A stretch of 32,000 nt of DNA from Ktedonobacterales bacterium. GTDB taxonomy: Bacteria > Chloroflexota > Ktedonobacteria > Ktedonobacterales > JADMIN01. The DNA lies in the NCBI GenBank assembly GCA_030167145.1, contig CP126532.1:4020001-4052000 (forward strand), in the 5' to 3' direction. This document shows positions 8,040 to 16,651 of this stretch, piece by piece; the stretch's first letter is position 1; every line of letters begins with the position of its first letter. The position numbers and the translations under genes were made by a program. The notes under the pieces were generated by a model, which ran no database searches, had not been told where the DNA came from, and worked only from the letters and a program-made list of their open reading frames with translations.

Positions 8040-9353
8040 CTATGAAAGGAATTCGGCGCGGGACTCGCGCAGGCGACGGACGATGCTGGCGGGGTCTTCG
8101 CCGCTAAGCGCCATCTGCTTGACTTCAGCGAGGAGCTTGGCCCATTGTGGCGCGGCGGGGAGATAGCGGGCGTCGCGGGCAATGAGTTCTTGAAAGACGT
8201 GGAGTTCGAGTTGCTGGAGCATGGCGCGGTCGGTTGCGCTGCCGTCCTCGTCCATCTCGTCCAGTTCGTAGTCGGTGGCGCGGGTGCCGTCGTGGATGCG
8301 AACGGTGAGCGGGCGGAAGTGCTCGCGGACAATGTCTTCCAGCCGGGCGCGCTCGTAGGCGGTAGAGTCGAAGCCAAGGATGCCCTGCAAGGCGATGTCT
8401 ATGACGGGTTCCGTGCCGTCTAGCTCGCGGTGTTCGGCGGCCCAGCCCGCGCAGTGCCGCGCAAAGCGGTCATAGAGGGCGGTGGGGTCGGGGAGACCAT
8501 CTACACGGAACTGGAAACGCAGGAACGGGCGGCGCGGGTTGACGAGATGTTCGACGCTGTGACGCGGCTCGCCTTCGGGGACATCGGTATCCACACTGGC
8601 GACGTAATAGCCGCGTTCCCAGGCGCTTTCCTCCGCGCCCCAGGTTTCGGTTGATCCGGGGTTGTAGAGCCAGTGGTCGCGGGAATAGTTTTTGTGGACG
8701 TGGCCGAGGGCGACGTAGTCTACCAGACCGCGCAGGGGTTGGAACTCTTCGTAGGTGGGCAGGCCGTGCATCTGGGGGACGATGCCTTCGACACCGGTGT
8801 GCATCATCAGCAGGCGGTATTCGACGCCCGCTTCGCGCTCCTGCCGTTCGTGGGCGATGAGCACATCGGCGAAGGCGGCCATGACGCGCGCAGTGTTGGC
8901 TCCATACCACGGCAGGCCGTAGATACGGAACTTACCCTCGTTGAGGTCCACATATGCGCCGCGCTGGATTTCGGGATTCCAGGGAGTGAGCTGGGGAACG
9001 CCGTCTTCCATGAGGGGATTGAGCAGGATCAGGAGTTTCTGCCAGCAGAGGAATTGGAGCCAGGAGACGCCGTCACGATAGTAGCTGCGGTCGTGGTTGC
9101 CTTCGATGGCGATGGCGGGGATACCGGCGTCCTTGAGTTTTTGGAAGCCGGTCTGGGCCTGGATGAGGGTGAGCGCATCTATGGCGCGCTTGTTGAAGAG
9201 GTCGCCAGCGATGATGAAGGCGTTGGCGCGGCGTTCGATGGCGGCGTCAACGACAGAGAAGAAGGCGCGAGCGAAGTCGTTGAAGCGTTCTTTGAGGCCG
9301 TATTGTTCGTAGCCGAGGTGGTTGTCGGCGGTGTGGACGAAGGTTGCGCGCAT
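8040..9353 (-). CDS. sbcD: SbcD/Mre11-family DNA repair exonuclease (metallophosphoesterase)
   Basis: Starts MRATFVHTADNHLG, with GDLF, EGNHD and GHVH phosphoesterase motifs. AGGAGG lies 8 nt upstream of ATG 9353. The ORF extension to 9887 runs through non-coding repeats. Confidence 0.8.
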   Translation of the reverse strand: MRATFVHTADNHLGYEQYGLKERFNDFARAFFSVVDAAIERRANAFIIAGDLFNKRAIDALTLIQAQTGFQKLKDAGIPAIAIEGNHDRSYYRDGVSWLQFLCWQKLLILLNPLMEDGVPQLTPWNPEIQRGAYVDLNEGKFRIYGLPWYGANTARVMAAFADVLIAHERQEREAGVEYRLLMMHTGVEGIVPQMHGLPTYEEFQPLRGLVDYVALGHVHKNYSRDHWLYNPGSTETWGAEESAWERGYYVASVDTDVPEGEPRHSVEHLVNPRRPFLRFQFRVDGLPDPTALYDRFARHCAGWAAEHRELDGTEPVIDIALQGILGFDSTAYERARLEDIVREHFRPLTVRIHDGTRATDYELDEMDEDGSATDRAMLQQLELHVFQELIARDARYLPAAPQWAKLLAEVKQMALSGEDPASIVRRLRESRAEFLS

Positions 9354-9538
9354 GAGCGATGCCTCCTGCAGGCGGGTGGATTTCGATAGCGTGAGATATT
9401 GGGATATTCCGGCGCGGGGCGGCGCGAACGGAAAGATGCCGCCAATTGGGCAGTATAGCATAGGGAGTGGGAGTAGGTGGCCTCGGCTATACATGGCCGG
9501 AGCACAGGCGAAAGGACATGAATGCCGGGAAGAGCGCA

Positions 9539-10087
9539 GTTGCCGGAGTTGCCGATTCTGCCGATTTTCGCAATGGTGACGGGTGCGAGAGTTGCCGATT
9601 CTGCCGATTTTCGCGCGCGTGTGGAGACATATGATGGGATGTGACCAGAGATGCTGGGAGATTTTTCGCCGTTTTCGCCGCACATGAGAGTTGCCGGAGT
9701 TGCCGATTCTGCCGATTTTCGCGGTGGTGTGGGGGTGAATGACGAGAGATGACGGGAAAAGTAGGGAGATTTTTCGCCGTTTTCGCCGCGATTTGGTGTT
9801 GCGAACGCGATGAGCAGTTGCCGATTCTGCCGATTTCTTGATGTGCATGCGGAGAGCGGGCTGGGTGATAAAGCGAGCTCTCGGCATGAATGCCGGGGAT
9901 AATCCCGTTGCGAGGGAAGCGCGGAGTTGCCGATTCTGCCGATTTTGCGGAAGACGCGGATGTGGCAGGTGCCGATTTTGCCGATTATGCAGAATGTGAA
10001 GAGTGGCCGGAGTGGCCGTTTTTGCATACTGGCAGACAGGAATGTCTGCCCCACTAAAACAGTGGCCGGTATGGCCGATATTTTTTT
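9539..10087. repeat. irregular array of ~10 blocks of 9-bp-phased tandem units with GCCG core
   Basis: Blocks lie at 9539-9571, 9591-9614, 9663-9680, 9690-9722, 9771-9788, 9817-9836, 9926-9948, 9969-9990, 10002-10025 and 10062-10087. An example is GTTGCCGGA|GTTGCCGAT|TCTGCCGAT|TTTCGC. Blocks are nested in degenerate ~100-130-bp higher-order units. Confidence 0.85.
10031..10050. other. 8-bp hairpin GGCAGACA-GGAA-TGTCTGCC (same stem recurs at 30117)
   Basis: Direct reading. The identical stem sequence occurs at 30117-30136 with a different tetraloop. Confidence 0.7.
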
Positions 10088-10353
10088 GTTCGCGCGCTCG
10101 CGATGATATTTGGCCGTATGGATGAGCGGGTGTGGATGCTCAGGGTTAGAGTGTTCAGGTGAGTTGTTGATGGTGTGGTGATGCGGCATGGTGGTGCGTT
10201 TCCTTCGCGATGGGGGATGAGTCGCGGCTGGGCTAGCGTCAGTGTAGCATGCGGGGCGGAAGGTGGCGAGGGGACAATGGTGGTCAAATGCGGTCGGATG
10301 TTGATGGCTTTCCGCTGAGGTGTGCTGCTGGTAGTGGTGCGGCGGGATGGCTT

Positions 10354-10995
10354 TTAGCGTTGCTCAAGCGCGACACGCAGCCCCAGGCCTATTAGCACCA
10401 GGCCAGTGGCGCGCTCCAGAATGCGGCGTACCTTTGGCCGCCGGAAGACGGTGGCGGCGCGGTCGAGGAGCACCGCGTAGCTCCCCAGCCAGACGGCCAC
10501 GATCAGGGCGAAGAGGGATGCGAGCAGCAGCGAAGTCAGGAAGACGGGTTGCCCAGGCGCGATGAACTGCGGCAGGAGCGTGGTGTAGAAGACGCCAATT
10601 TTGGGATTCAGCAGGTCGTTGAACAGCCCCTGGCGATAGGCGCTCACGAGGTTCTTGGGAGTGGTTCGCGTCGTCGGCGGCGTGCTTGGGTTGGCATGTG
10701 ACTCGGATGCCGTATCACGCGCCAGCAAGGCGTGAACTCCTAACCAGATCAGATAGACGGCTCCCGCGAGGCGCAGGATGGTGAAGAGGGTGGCTGAGGC
10801 ATTGAGAATGGCGGCTACACCGCTGCCAGCGGCGATGCCCCAGGTGATATGCCCGGTGACGACGCCGAGGGACGTGAACCACGCGGCGGTGCGCCCGCGC
10901 GCCAGCCCCACACGGGTTACGAGGGCAAAGTCGGGTCCAGGGGTGATGGTGAGCACGATGGCGATGCCCAGAAACGCCAGCAGGCGAATTTCCAA
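10354..10995 (-). CDS. LysE/RhtB-family amino-acid exporter
   Basis: Six hydrophobic segments and the N-terminal LLAFLGIAIVLTITPGPD signature. TTG at 10995 follows GGGTGAG and gives the usual ~213 aa. ATG at 11043 is the alternative start. Confidence 0.8.
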   Translation of the reverse strand: MEIRLLAFLGIAIVLTITPGPDFALVTRVGLARGRTAAWFTSLGVVTGHITWGIAAGSGVAAILNASATLFTILRLAGAVYLIWLGVHALLARDTASESHANPSTPPTTRTTPKNLVSAYRQGLFNDLLNPKIGVFYTTLLPQFIAPGQPVFLTSLLLASLFALIVAVWLGSYAVLLDRAATVFRRPKVRRILERATGLVLIGLGLRVALEQR

Positions 10996-11245
10996 TCTCT
11001 CACCCTTTGGTGTGTGGCGAAACAAGTACAGGTGATCGCGCATTTGCCACTATGATACAGCCAGGACGCGGCAAAGCAATCATATGAGGACGACGCTTGG
11101 GTTTGTGGTGGCCCAGGCGCCAAGCGCGAGAGAAGTGCCCTGAGTTTCTACCAATATTGTATACTCCATCAACATCAACGGAGCTTTGCACAGCAGCGGT
11201 CAGGTGGGGAAGGAGCACTTCTCCACACAGAAAGGAGATTCTAGG

Positions 11246-11668
11246 ATGTCCACCGAAGAGAACAAGGCCAGTATTCAGCGCTTTTGCGACGAAGTGTTCA
11301 ACCGCAAGAACACGGCTGCTCTTGACGAATTCATCGCCCCTGATGCGGTGGATCATTCTGCCCCTCCGGGTGCGCCGGGTGGGATCGAAGGCGCCAGACA
11401 ATTTGCCGACATGTTGCTGACGGCTTTCCCTGATATGCGCTACACGGTGGAGGATCTGATCGCCGAAGGAGACAAGGTGGTGGCCCGACTCACCACACGT
11501 GGCACCCATCAAGGGGTGTTTCTGGGTATCCCCCCAACCGGGAAGCAGGTGATGACCACGGGCATCGAAATCTACCGCATGGCGAGCGGCAAAATCGTCG
11601 AGCATTGGAACAACTATGACGATCTGGGCCTGTTCCAACAACTCGGCGCATTTCCCCCAATGGGGTAG
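11246..11668 (+). CDS. SnoaL-like ester cyclase family protein
   Basis: MSTEENKASIQRFCDEVFNRKN...EHWNNYDDLGLFQQLG pattern typical of predicted ester cyclases. AAAGGAG at 11231-11237. Confidence 0.8.
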   Translation: MSTEENKASIQRFCDEVFNRKNTAALDEFIAPDAVDHSAPPGAPGGIEGARQFADMLLTAFPDMRYTVEDLIAEGDKVVARLTTRGTHQGVFLGIPPTGKQVMTTGIEIYRMASGKIVEHWNNYDDLGLFQQLGAFPPMG

Positions 11669-11692
11669 GGGGAGGAGTCATTGTCGGAAGCT

Positions 11693-12745
11693 TCACAGCC
11701 CTTCGAGTTCGCGTTTGGGGTCGCGGACCATGAGCGCGGTGACGGCTTCGCGGACGGATTTGCCCTCGAAGAGGACGCTGGCGAGTTCGGCGGTGACGGG
11801 TAGTTCGACGCCGAGCGCGGCGGCCATCTCAAGCGCGGCGCGGGTGGTGGTGACGCCTTCGGTGACGGTTTTGCGTTCGGCCAGCACGTCGTCGAGCGCG
11901 CGGCCTTTGGCGAGTTCGAGGCCGAGGGTGCGGTTGCGGCTGAGCGGGCTGCCGCAGGTGGCGATCAGGTCGCCGAGGCCGGCGAGACCGGCCAAGGTGA
12001 GCGGGTTGGCGCCAGCGGCGAGGGCCAGCCGCGAGATCTCCATCAGCGCGCGTGTCATCAGCGAAGCTTTGGCGTTGTCGCCGTAGCCGAAACCGTCATT
12101 GATGCCGATGGCGATGGCGACGATATTCTTGAGCGCGCCGCCTAGCTCCACGCCAACCACGTCGTCGCTGGTATAGACGCGAAAGCGCGGCGTGCTGAGA
12201 GCCGCCTGCACCTGCTCCGCCGCTGCATGTTGCTCGCAGGCGACCACGGTGGCCGCTGGGAGGCCACGGGCGATCTCTAGCGCCAGGTTGGGGCCGCTCA
12301 GTGTGGCGATAGGTGTGCCAGCGGGCAGTTCAGCGGCGGCGGTCTGGGTCATGCGGAGGTGGGTGCCGAGTTCGAGGCCTTTGCTAGCGCAGACGACGAC
12401 CGCGCCGGGGGCAAGGTGCGGCGCAAGGGCGCGGGCGTGCTCGCGCAGCCGCTGCGAGGGCGTGACCAGCACGATGATATCGCGGTCGCGCACGGCTTCG
12501 GCGAGATCGGTGGTGACACGCAGATTTGCAGGCAGCGGGAAGCCTGGCAAGTAGGCTTTGTTCTCGCGCTCCCACTGCATTTCGCTGGCGCGTTCGGGAT
12601 TATGCTCCCAGAGAGTGACGCCGGCGAGCGCCGGGGTGGATGCGCCGCCGTTCTGGGTCTGCGCGCGCCGGATGGATTCGAGGGCGGCGAGTCGGGCGAG
12701 GGTGGTGCCCCATGCGCCGGTGCCGATGATGGCGATCTGTGCCAT
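11693..12745 (-). CDS. gpsA: NAD(P)H-dependent glycerol-3-phosphate dehydrogenase
   Basis: MAQIAIIGTGAWGTTLA Rossmann start, and GALKNIVAIAIG and NRTLG motifs. GGAGG upstream of ATG 12745. Confidence 0.9.
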   Translation of the reverse strand: MAQIAIIGTGAWGTTLARLAALESIRRAQTQNGGASTPALAGVTLWEHNPERASEMQWERENKAYLPGFPLPANLRVTTDLAEAVRDRDIIVLVTPSQRLREHARALAPHLAPGAVVVCASKGLELGTHLRMTQTAAAELPAGTPIATLSGPNLALEIARGLPAATVVACEQHAAAEQVQAALSTPRFRVYTSDDVVGVELGGALKNIVAIAIGINDGFGYGDNAKASLMTRALMEISRLALAAGANPLTLAGLAGLGDLIATCGSPLSRNRTLGLELAKGRALDDVLAERKTVTEGVTTTRAALEMAAALGVELPVTAELASVLFEGKSVREAVTALMVRDPKRELEGL

Positions 12746-12859
12746 AGCGATTACCTCCGCGTCGTTGCGTGGTTGGTGGGCAGCGCGTGAGTGTGAAGCG
12801 CGACCCATTGCAGGCTCATTATTACGCATGGCGCGGCGTGACACAATATGGTGTGCCAA

Positions 12860-13534
12860 CTACTCCGTGACAGCATACGCAGTGAAGCCAGTGGCGGTGT
12901 CTTCGATGAGCGTATCTGGGGGGAGACGGCGCAGCGCGGCGACGGCGGCGAGATCGCCCACCGCGCCCGCGACGTTGCCGGTGAAACCGAGCAGCAGATA
13001 GAGGGCGAGATTGGGGGCGAGCCAGGTGAGTACGGCGCCAGCGGCGGTGAGGATGACCAGCGGGGCGAGGGCGACGGCGATGTAGCCGTTTCGGGTGAAG
13101 AGCTGGTCGCGAGCGGTGCAATAGGCGGCGAAAGGAAGCTGAAGACCGAAGGTGGGCCGTCCGCCGAGGGCGAGGATGATGGCGGCGTGGGCGGCCTCAT
13201 GCAGCGGCAGCACGGCGACATAGGCGAGGATGTTCGCGCCAATGAGCGCCACGACGCCCGCGAGCGACGCGCCCGCGCCAAGCGGCGGCACGTGCTGGAC
13301 GGCGCGGGCGAGGGTATCCAGCGCGAGGAAGCCGAGCGCGGAGCCAGCCAGCAATGTGAGGCTCTGGCGGGCGAGTTGCTGGATGCGTTCGGGGGCAAGC
13401 AATTCAATGCGCGCGATGACGCGCAGCCGTCCGGCGCGGATTGCCGCTTCATAGCGCGCTCGCAGCGCACGCGGAGAAAAGCGCGCGACGAGGCGGAGTG
13501 TACGGGTGGTTTCGGTGGTTTCGCTGGTGTCCAT
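12860..13534 (-). CDS. DUF3267-like putative zincin membrane metalloprotease
   Basis: 224 aa from ATG 13534. HEAAH (HExxH) motif at the edge of a hydrophobic helix, with 3-4 TM segments. Sits 11 nt downstream of the GNAT gene. Confidence 0.65.
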   Translation of the reverse strand: MDTSETTETTRTLRLVARFSPRALRARYEAAIRAGRLRVIARIELLAPERIQQLARQSLTLLAGSALGFLALDTLARAVQHVPPLGAGASLAGVVALIGANILAYVAVLPLHEAAHAAIILALGGRPTFGLQLPFAAYCTARDQLFTRNGYIAVALAPLVILTAAGAVLTWLAPNLALYLLLGFTGNVAGAVGDLAAVAALRRLPPDTLIEDTATGFTAYAVTE

Positions 13535-13545
13535 GTTTTCCGTGT

Positions 13546-14328
13546 CTATGCGGGCGTCCAGGCGTAGGTGATGGTGTTCAGTACGGGGGCAAAACCAAGC
13601 TGGCGATAGAGGTGTTCGGCGGGGTTGCCCTGCTCGACGAAGAGGCAACTCAGCCGGTGCTCGCGCGTGATGACGCTGGAAATAGCGTGAGCGACCAGCG
13701 CCGATGCGACGCCCTGGCGGCGCGCTTCGGGGACGGTGCAGACGCCCATGATGGTGGGGATATCCTCGAAGAGGCTGACGTAGCAGCCGCCGACGGGAGC
13801 GCCATCGAGCAGGGCACGGAAATAGCGGCACCAGTTGTGTTCTTGCTCGCGCCAGCGTTCGGTAGCGCGCTGGCTGATGAGCGCATCGGAGGGATGTTCG
13901 TCGCCGTAGAAACACTGGCGACTATGTGATTCGTATTCGTACATTTCGTACCACGTGTGAATGGGGCGGATGGTGACACGTGGATTGAGGGGGATGTCGG
14001 GGCGGACGAGGTCGGCATGGCCCATGAGCAGCAACGATTCGATTGACTCGAAATTGGCGGCGAGGAGGGCGGGAGTGAGGTCTTCTTCGCCTGTGCGTTC
14101 AGGGACGACGCTCCAATGCACCTGCATCTGGCGCTGGTGGGCGAAGCGCAGCACGCCGCGCACCACTTCAGCGGCCTCACCAGGGCGCGCGCTGGCGTAG
14201 GCGACGCGCAGGCGCCCCGGCTCCATGCGAAAGCGCGCGGTTCCGGCAGGTGCGAGCGATGGCCCGGCATCCATATAGCGCTGCATGCGTTGCGCCAGCA
14301 CCCGGCGCGCGATTTCTTGCGTGTTCAT
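13546..14328 (-). CDS. GNAT-family N-acetyltransferase (two-domain)
   Basis: The C-terminal half has the acetyl-CoA motif A (VPEARRQGVASALV) and LYRQLGF. ATG 14328 or GTG 14343 could be the start. Confidence 0.75.
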   Translation of the reverse strand: MNTQEIARRVLAQRMQRYMDAGPSLAPAGTARFRMEPGRLRVAYASARPGEAAEVVRGVLRFAHQRQMQVHWSVVPERTGEEDLTPALLAANFESIESLLLMGHADLVRPDIPLNPRVTIRPIHTWYEMYEYESHSRQCFYGDEHPSDALISQRATERWREQEHNWCRYFRALLDGAPVGGCYVSLFEDIPTIMGVCTVPEARRQGVASALVAHAISSVITREHRLSCLFVEQGNPAEHLYRQLGFAPVLNTITYAWTPA

Positions 14329-14473
14329 CCCGCTTCCATCCACGGCGGCTCGCCAGTATGAGGCAACAAGCCGGATTCCCCTGGGTCGCTCCCCCTCATA
14401 AGGGCAGTGTAGACTAGTTGGCTATGCCTTCGCAAGACGGGCATGCTGATGACGCTCTGGCGCTCCTAGATGG

Positions 14474-14502
14474 TTGCGGCATGCCTGCGCCTATGTTATA
14501 CT
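14474..14502 (+). promoter_or_regulatory. candidate promoter of the rpsB cluster (TTGCGG-17 nt-TATACT)
   Basis: Hexamers at 14474-14479 and 14497-14502, with TGT immediately upstream of the -10 element. This would give a ~160-nt leader. Confidence 0.4.
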
Positions 14503-14664
14503 GAGCGGGTGCGTGCCGCGCGAAGTGTGCTGCGGCATGCCACCACCATCACACACGTCTCCTGATCGTTCGGAGCCTGGCGTGGCGGCGCGGAAATGGC
14601 TCGCGCGGCGCTCCCCGGATGGCGCGACGGAGGCGGAGGAAGGCTAAGGGAGGAAGTTTGCATC

Positions 14665-15624
14665 GTGGCAAATGTCACCGGTAAGACCATCGCCAGCAAG
14701 AATGTGGCGAGCATGAAGCAGTTGCTCGAAGCGGGCGTTCACTTCGGACATCAGACACGCCGCTGGAACCCCAAGATGCGCCCATTTATCTTCACGGCGC
14801 GCAATGGCATTCACATCCTGGACCTGCAACAGACCGTGCAGCGGCTGAACGAGGCGTACAAGTTCGTGGCGAACGTGACCGCCAATGGCGACACGATTCT
14901 CTTCGTCGGCACCAAGAAGCAGGCGCAAGAGGCCATCGCCGAGGCGGCGCAGGAGAGCGGGCAGTATTACGTGAACCAGCGCTGGCTGGGCGGGATGCTG
15001 ACGAACTTCGAGACGATCCAGAAGCGCATCAAGTATTTGCGCGAGCTGGAAGCGCGCAAAGAGCGCGGCGAGTTCGAGCGGCTGACCAAGAAGGAAGCGC
15101 AGCACCTGCAAGACGAGATGGACCGCTTGGAGCGGACGCTCGGCGGCATTAAAGATATGCGGCGCTTGCCGGGGGCGATCTTCGTGGTGGACACGAAGAA
15201 GGAACATACGGCGGTGCTCGAAGCGCGCCGACTGGAGATTCCGGTGGTGGCGCTGGCCGATACCAACGTGGATCCCGATGAGATTGATTACCCAATCCCG
15301 GCCAATGACGACGCGATCCGCGCGGTGCGGCTGCTGTGCAGCAAGATTGCCGAAGCGGCCATCGAGGGCCGCGCCATGCATGACGCGCAGGCCAAAGACC
15401 GCGAAGCAGCCGCACGCGAGCGCAAGATGACCGAAGCGCCGGTCGGCCTGGAAGAGTTTGGCCTGGAGGCGGAAGCCGCCACCGCTGAGGCTGCCGCGAT
15501 TGAGGCGGTTGCTGCTGCTGAGGTGGCGACCGAAGCCGCGACTGTCGCCGTTGAGGCGGCGGAAGAAGCGAACGCCGAGGCTGAGGCCGCTGGTGGGGAG
15601 CCAGTCGCCAGCGAGGCCAAGTAG
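14665..15624 (+). CDS. rpsB: 30S ribosomal protein S2
   Basis: [23 protein letters not shown] signature. GTG 14665 follows GGGAGG. In-frame alternative starts are the GTG at 14704 and the ATG at 14713. About 75-aa Ala/Glu-rich C-terminal tail. Confidence 0.95.
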   Translation: MANVTGKTIASKNVASMKQLLEAGVHFGHQTRRWNPKMRPFIFTARNGIHILDLQQTVQRLNEAYKFVANVTANGDTILFVGTKKQAQEAIAEAAQESGQYYVNQRWLGGMLTNFETIQKRIKYLRELEARKERGEFERLTKKEAQHLQDEMDRLERTLGGIKDMRRLPGAIFVVDTKKEHTAVLEARRLEIPVVALADTNVDPDEIDYPIPANDDAIRAVRLLCSKIAEAAIEGRAMHDAQAKDREAAARERKMTEAPVGLEEFGLEAEAATAEAAAIEAVAAAEVATEAATVAVEAAEEANAEAEAAGGEPVASEAK

Positions 15625-15766
15625 CGATTGCGCGACGTGCGTTGGGGAGCATGCGCCATGCGGTGAGGCTGCGTGAGCATGCGCTCTGCGTGAAAGATGT
15701 TGGATATGCGCTTGTCTGGCGTGTGAGCGCTAGGGCGCTGAGTTGTGGGATGTTGTGTCCCCGGAG

Positions 15767-15802
15767 CGCGCGGCACAGCCCGGAGTGCCGCGCGTTTGTG
15801 TG
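15767..15802 (+). terminator. candidate attenuator/terminator hairpin between rpsB and tsf
   Basis: 10-bp GC stem CGCGCGGCAC/GTGCCGCGCG with an 8-nt loop, followed by TTTGTGTG (an imperfect U-tract). Confidence 0.35.
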
Positions 15803-15937
15803 CCTGCACGTTGGCATTCGCGTGCGACCACGCGCGAGCGCCACGTGGTACGATACTGCCGCCGGGGCATTCTGCCGCGCGGTTGGGGTAAAACGTGCCC
15901 GCCGCGAGCCGAGCTGATGAGGAGCGAACGAGAGGTA

Positions 15938-16534
15938 ATGGAACATACTACGAAAGATGTCGCCAAACTGCGTGAAATCACGGGCGCTGGCCCATTGGAT
16001 TGCAAGAAAGCTTTGACCGAGGCCAAGACCTTCGACGAGGCAGTCAAGATTCTGGAAGAGCGCGGCGCGAAACGGGCCGAGAAGATGAAGGGTCAGGACC
16101 GCGAGACCCGCGAAGGCGTGGTCACGTCGTATGTGCATCATGGCGGCAACCTGGGCGTGCTGTTGGAACTGAATTGCAGCACCGATTTCGTGGCGCGCAG
16201 CGATGAGTTCAAGAATCTGGCGCGCGAGCTGACGATGCAGATTGCCGGAGTGGCGCCCATCTATATCTCCTTCGAGGATGTGCCGGAGGCGACGCTGACG
16301 CAACTGCGCCAGGAGGCTGAGAACGATCCTGAGGTGCAGAAGCGCCCGGAGAAGCTGCGCGCGCAGATCGTCGAAGGCAAGGTCAAGAAGCAGCTCAGCA
16401 CGCAGATTTTGCTGGAGCAGCCGTGGATCAAAGACGACAAGATTACCGTTGGCAAGCTGGTTGACGAGGTCATCCGCAAGACGGGTGAGAACATTGTAGT
16501 ACGCCGCTTCACGCGCTATGCGCTGGGCGAGTAA
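15938..16534 (+). CDS. tsf: elongation factor Ts (short form, 198 aa)
   Basis: VAKLREITGAGPLDCKKAL UBA-like N-terminus and a TDFVAR motif. GAGG lies upstream of ATG 15938. Confidence 0.95.
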   Translation: MEHTTKDVAKLREITGAGPLDCKKALTEAKTFDEAVKILEERGAKRAEKMKGQDRETREGVVTSYVHHGGNLGVLLELNCSTDFVARSDEFKNLARELTMQIAGVAPIYISFEDVPEATLTQLRQEAENDPEVQKRPEKLRAQIVEGKVKKQLSTQILLEQPWIKDDKITVGKLVDEVIRKTGENIVVRRFTRYALGE

Positions 16535-16602
16535 GATACGACGATAACACAAGCTGGGGAGTCGCGCGCTGTACGGCGGCTCCCGCTGGCGAATAAGACG
16601 GG

Positions 16603-16626
16603 GACGCACGAAACGACGCACGAAAC
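16603..16626. repeat. perfect tandem duplication of GACGCACGAAAC
   Basis: Two adjacent identical 12-mers, 25 nt upstream of the pyrH start codon. Confidence 0.8.
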
Positions 16627-16651
16627 GGTTGCGAACTGGTAAGGAGCTGAC

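Noticed and set aside
9539-10087. Possible CRISPR array, because of recurring ~24-33-nt repeats with intervening sequence
   Set aside because: The repeats are themselves 9-bp tandem sub-repeats of variable length (18-33 nt) and several sequence variants. Spacing is irregular (19-109 bp). The 'spacer' sequence GGGAGATTTTTCGCCGTTTTCGCCGC occurs twice. No cas genes are in the window.
8040-10189. Long minus-strand ORFs running through the repeat region (8040..9887, 615 aa; 9179..10189, 336 aa)
   Set aside because: The repeat-encoded peptides (KIGRIGNS, RKSAESAT, GENGEKSP) appear in different frames in the two ORFs. The composition is not protein-like. The SbcD homology starts exactly at ATG 9353, which has a strong AGGAGG RBS.
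10200-10290. G-quadruplex potential in the G-rich + strand (for example GCGGGGCGGAAGGTGGCGAGGGG)
   Set aside because: The G-runs are mostly 2 nt long and irregular. There are not four clean G3+ tracts within a short span. I treated this only as part of the overall G>C skew of the region.
12751-13915. Alternative long ORFs around the DUF3267-like gene (12751..13470, 12848..13567 and the 351-aa extension to 13915)
   Set aside because: They are frame-shifted or antisense, with Ser/Pro/Arg-rich composition. The extension to 13915 overlaps the GNAT gene. The HExxH membrane protein with ATG 13534, 11 nt after the GNAT stop, is the coherent reading.
15642-15917. 91-aa ORF filling the rpsB-tsf spacer
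   Set aside because: It has no RBS and an Arg/Cys/Ala-rich, non-protein-like composition. The region is better explained as structured non-coding RNA.
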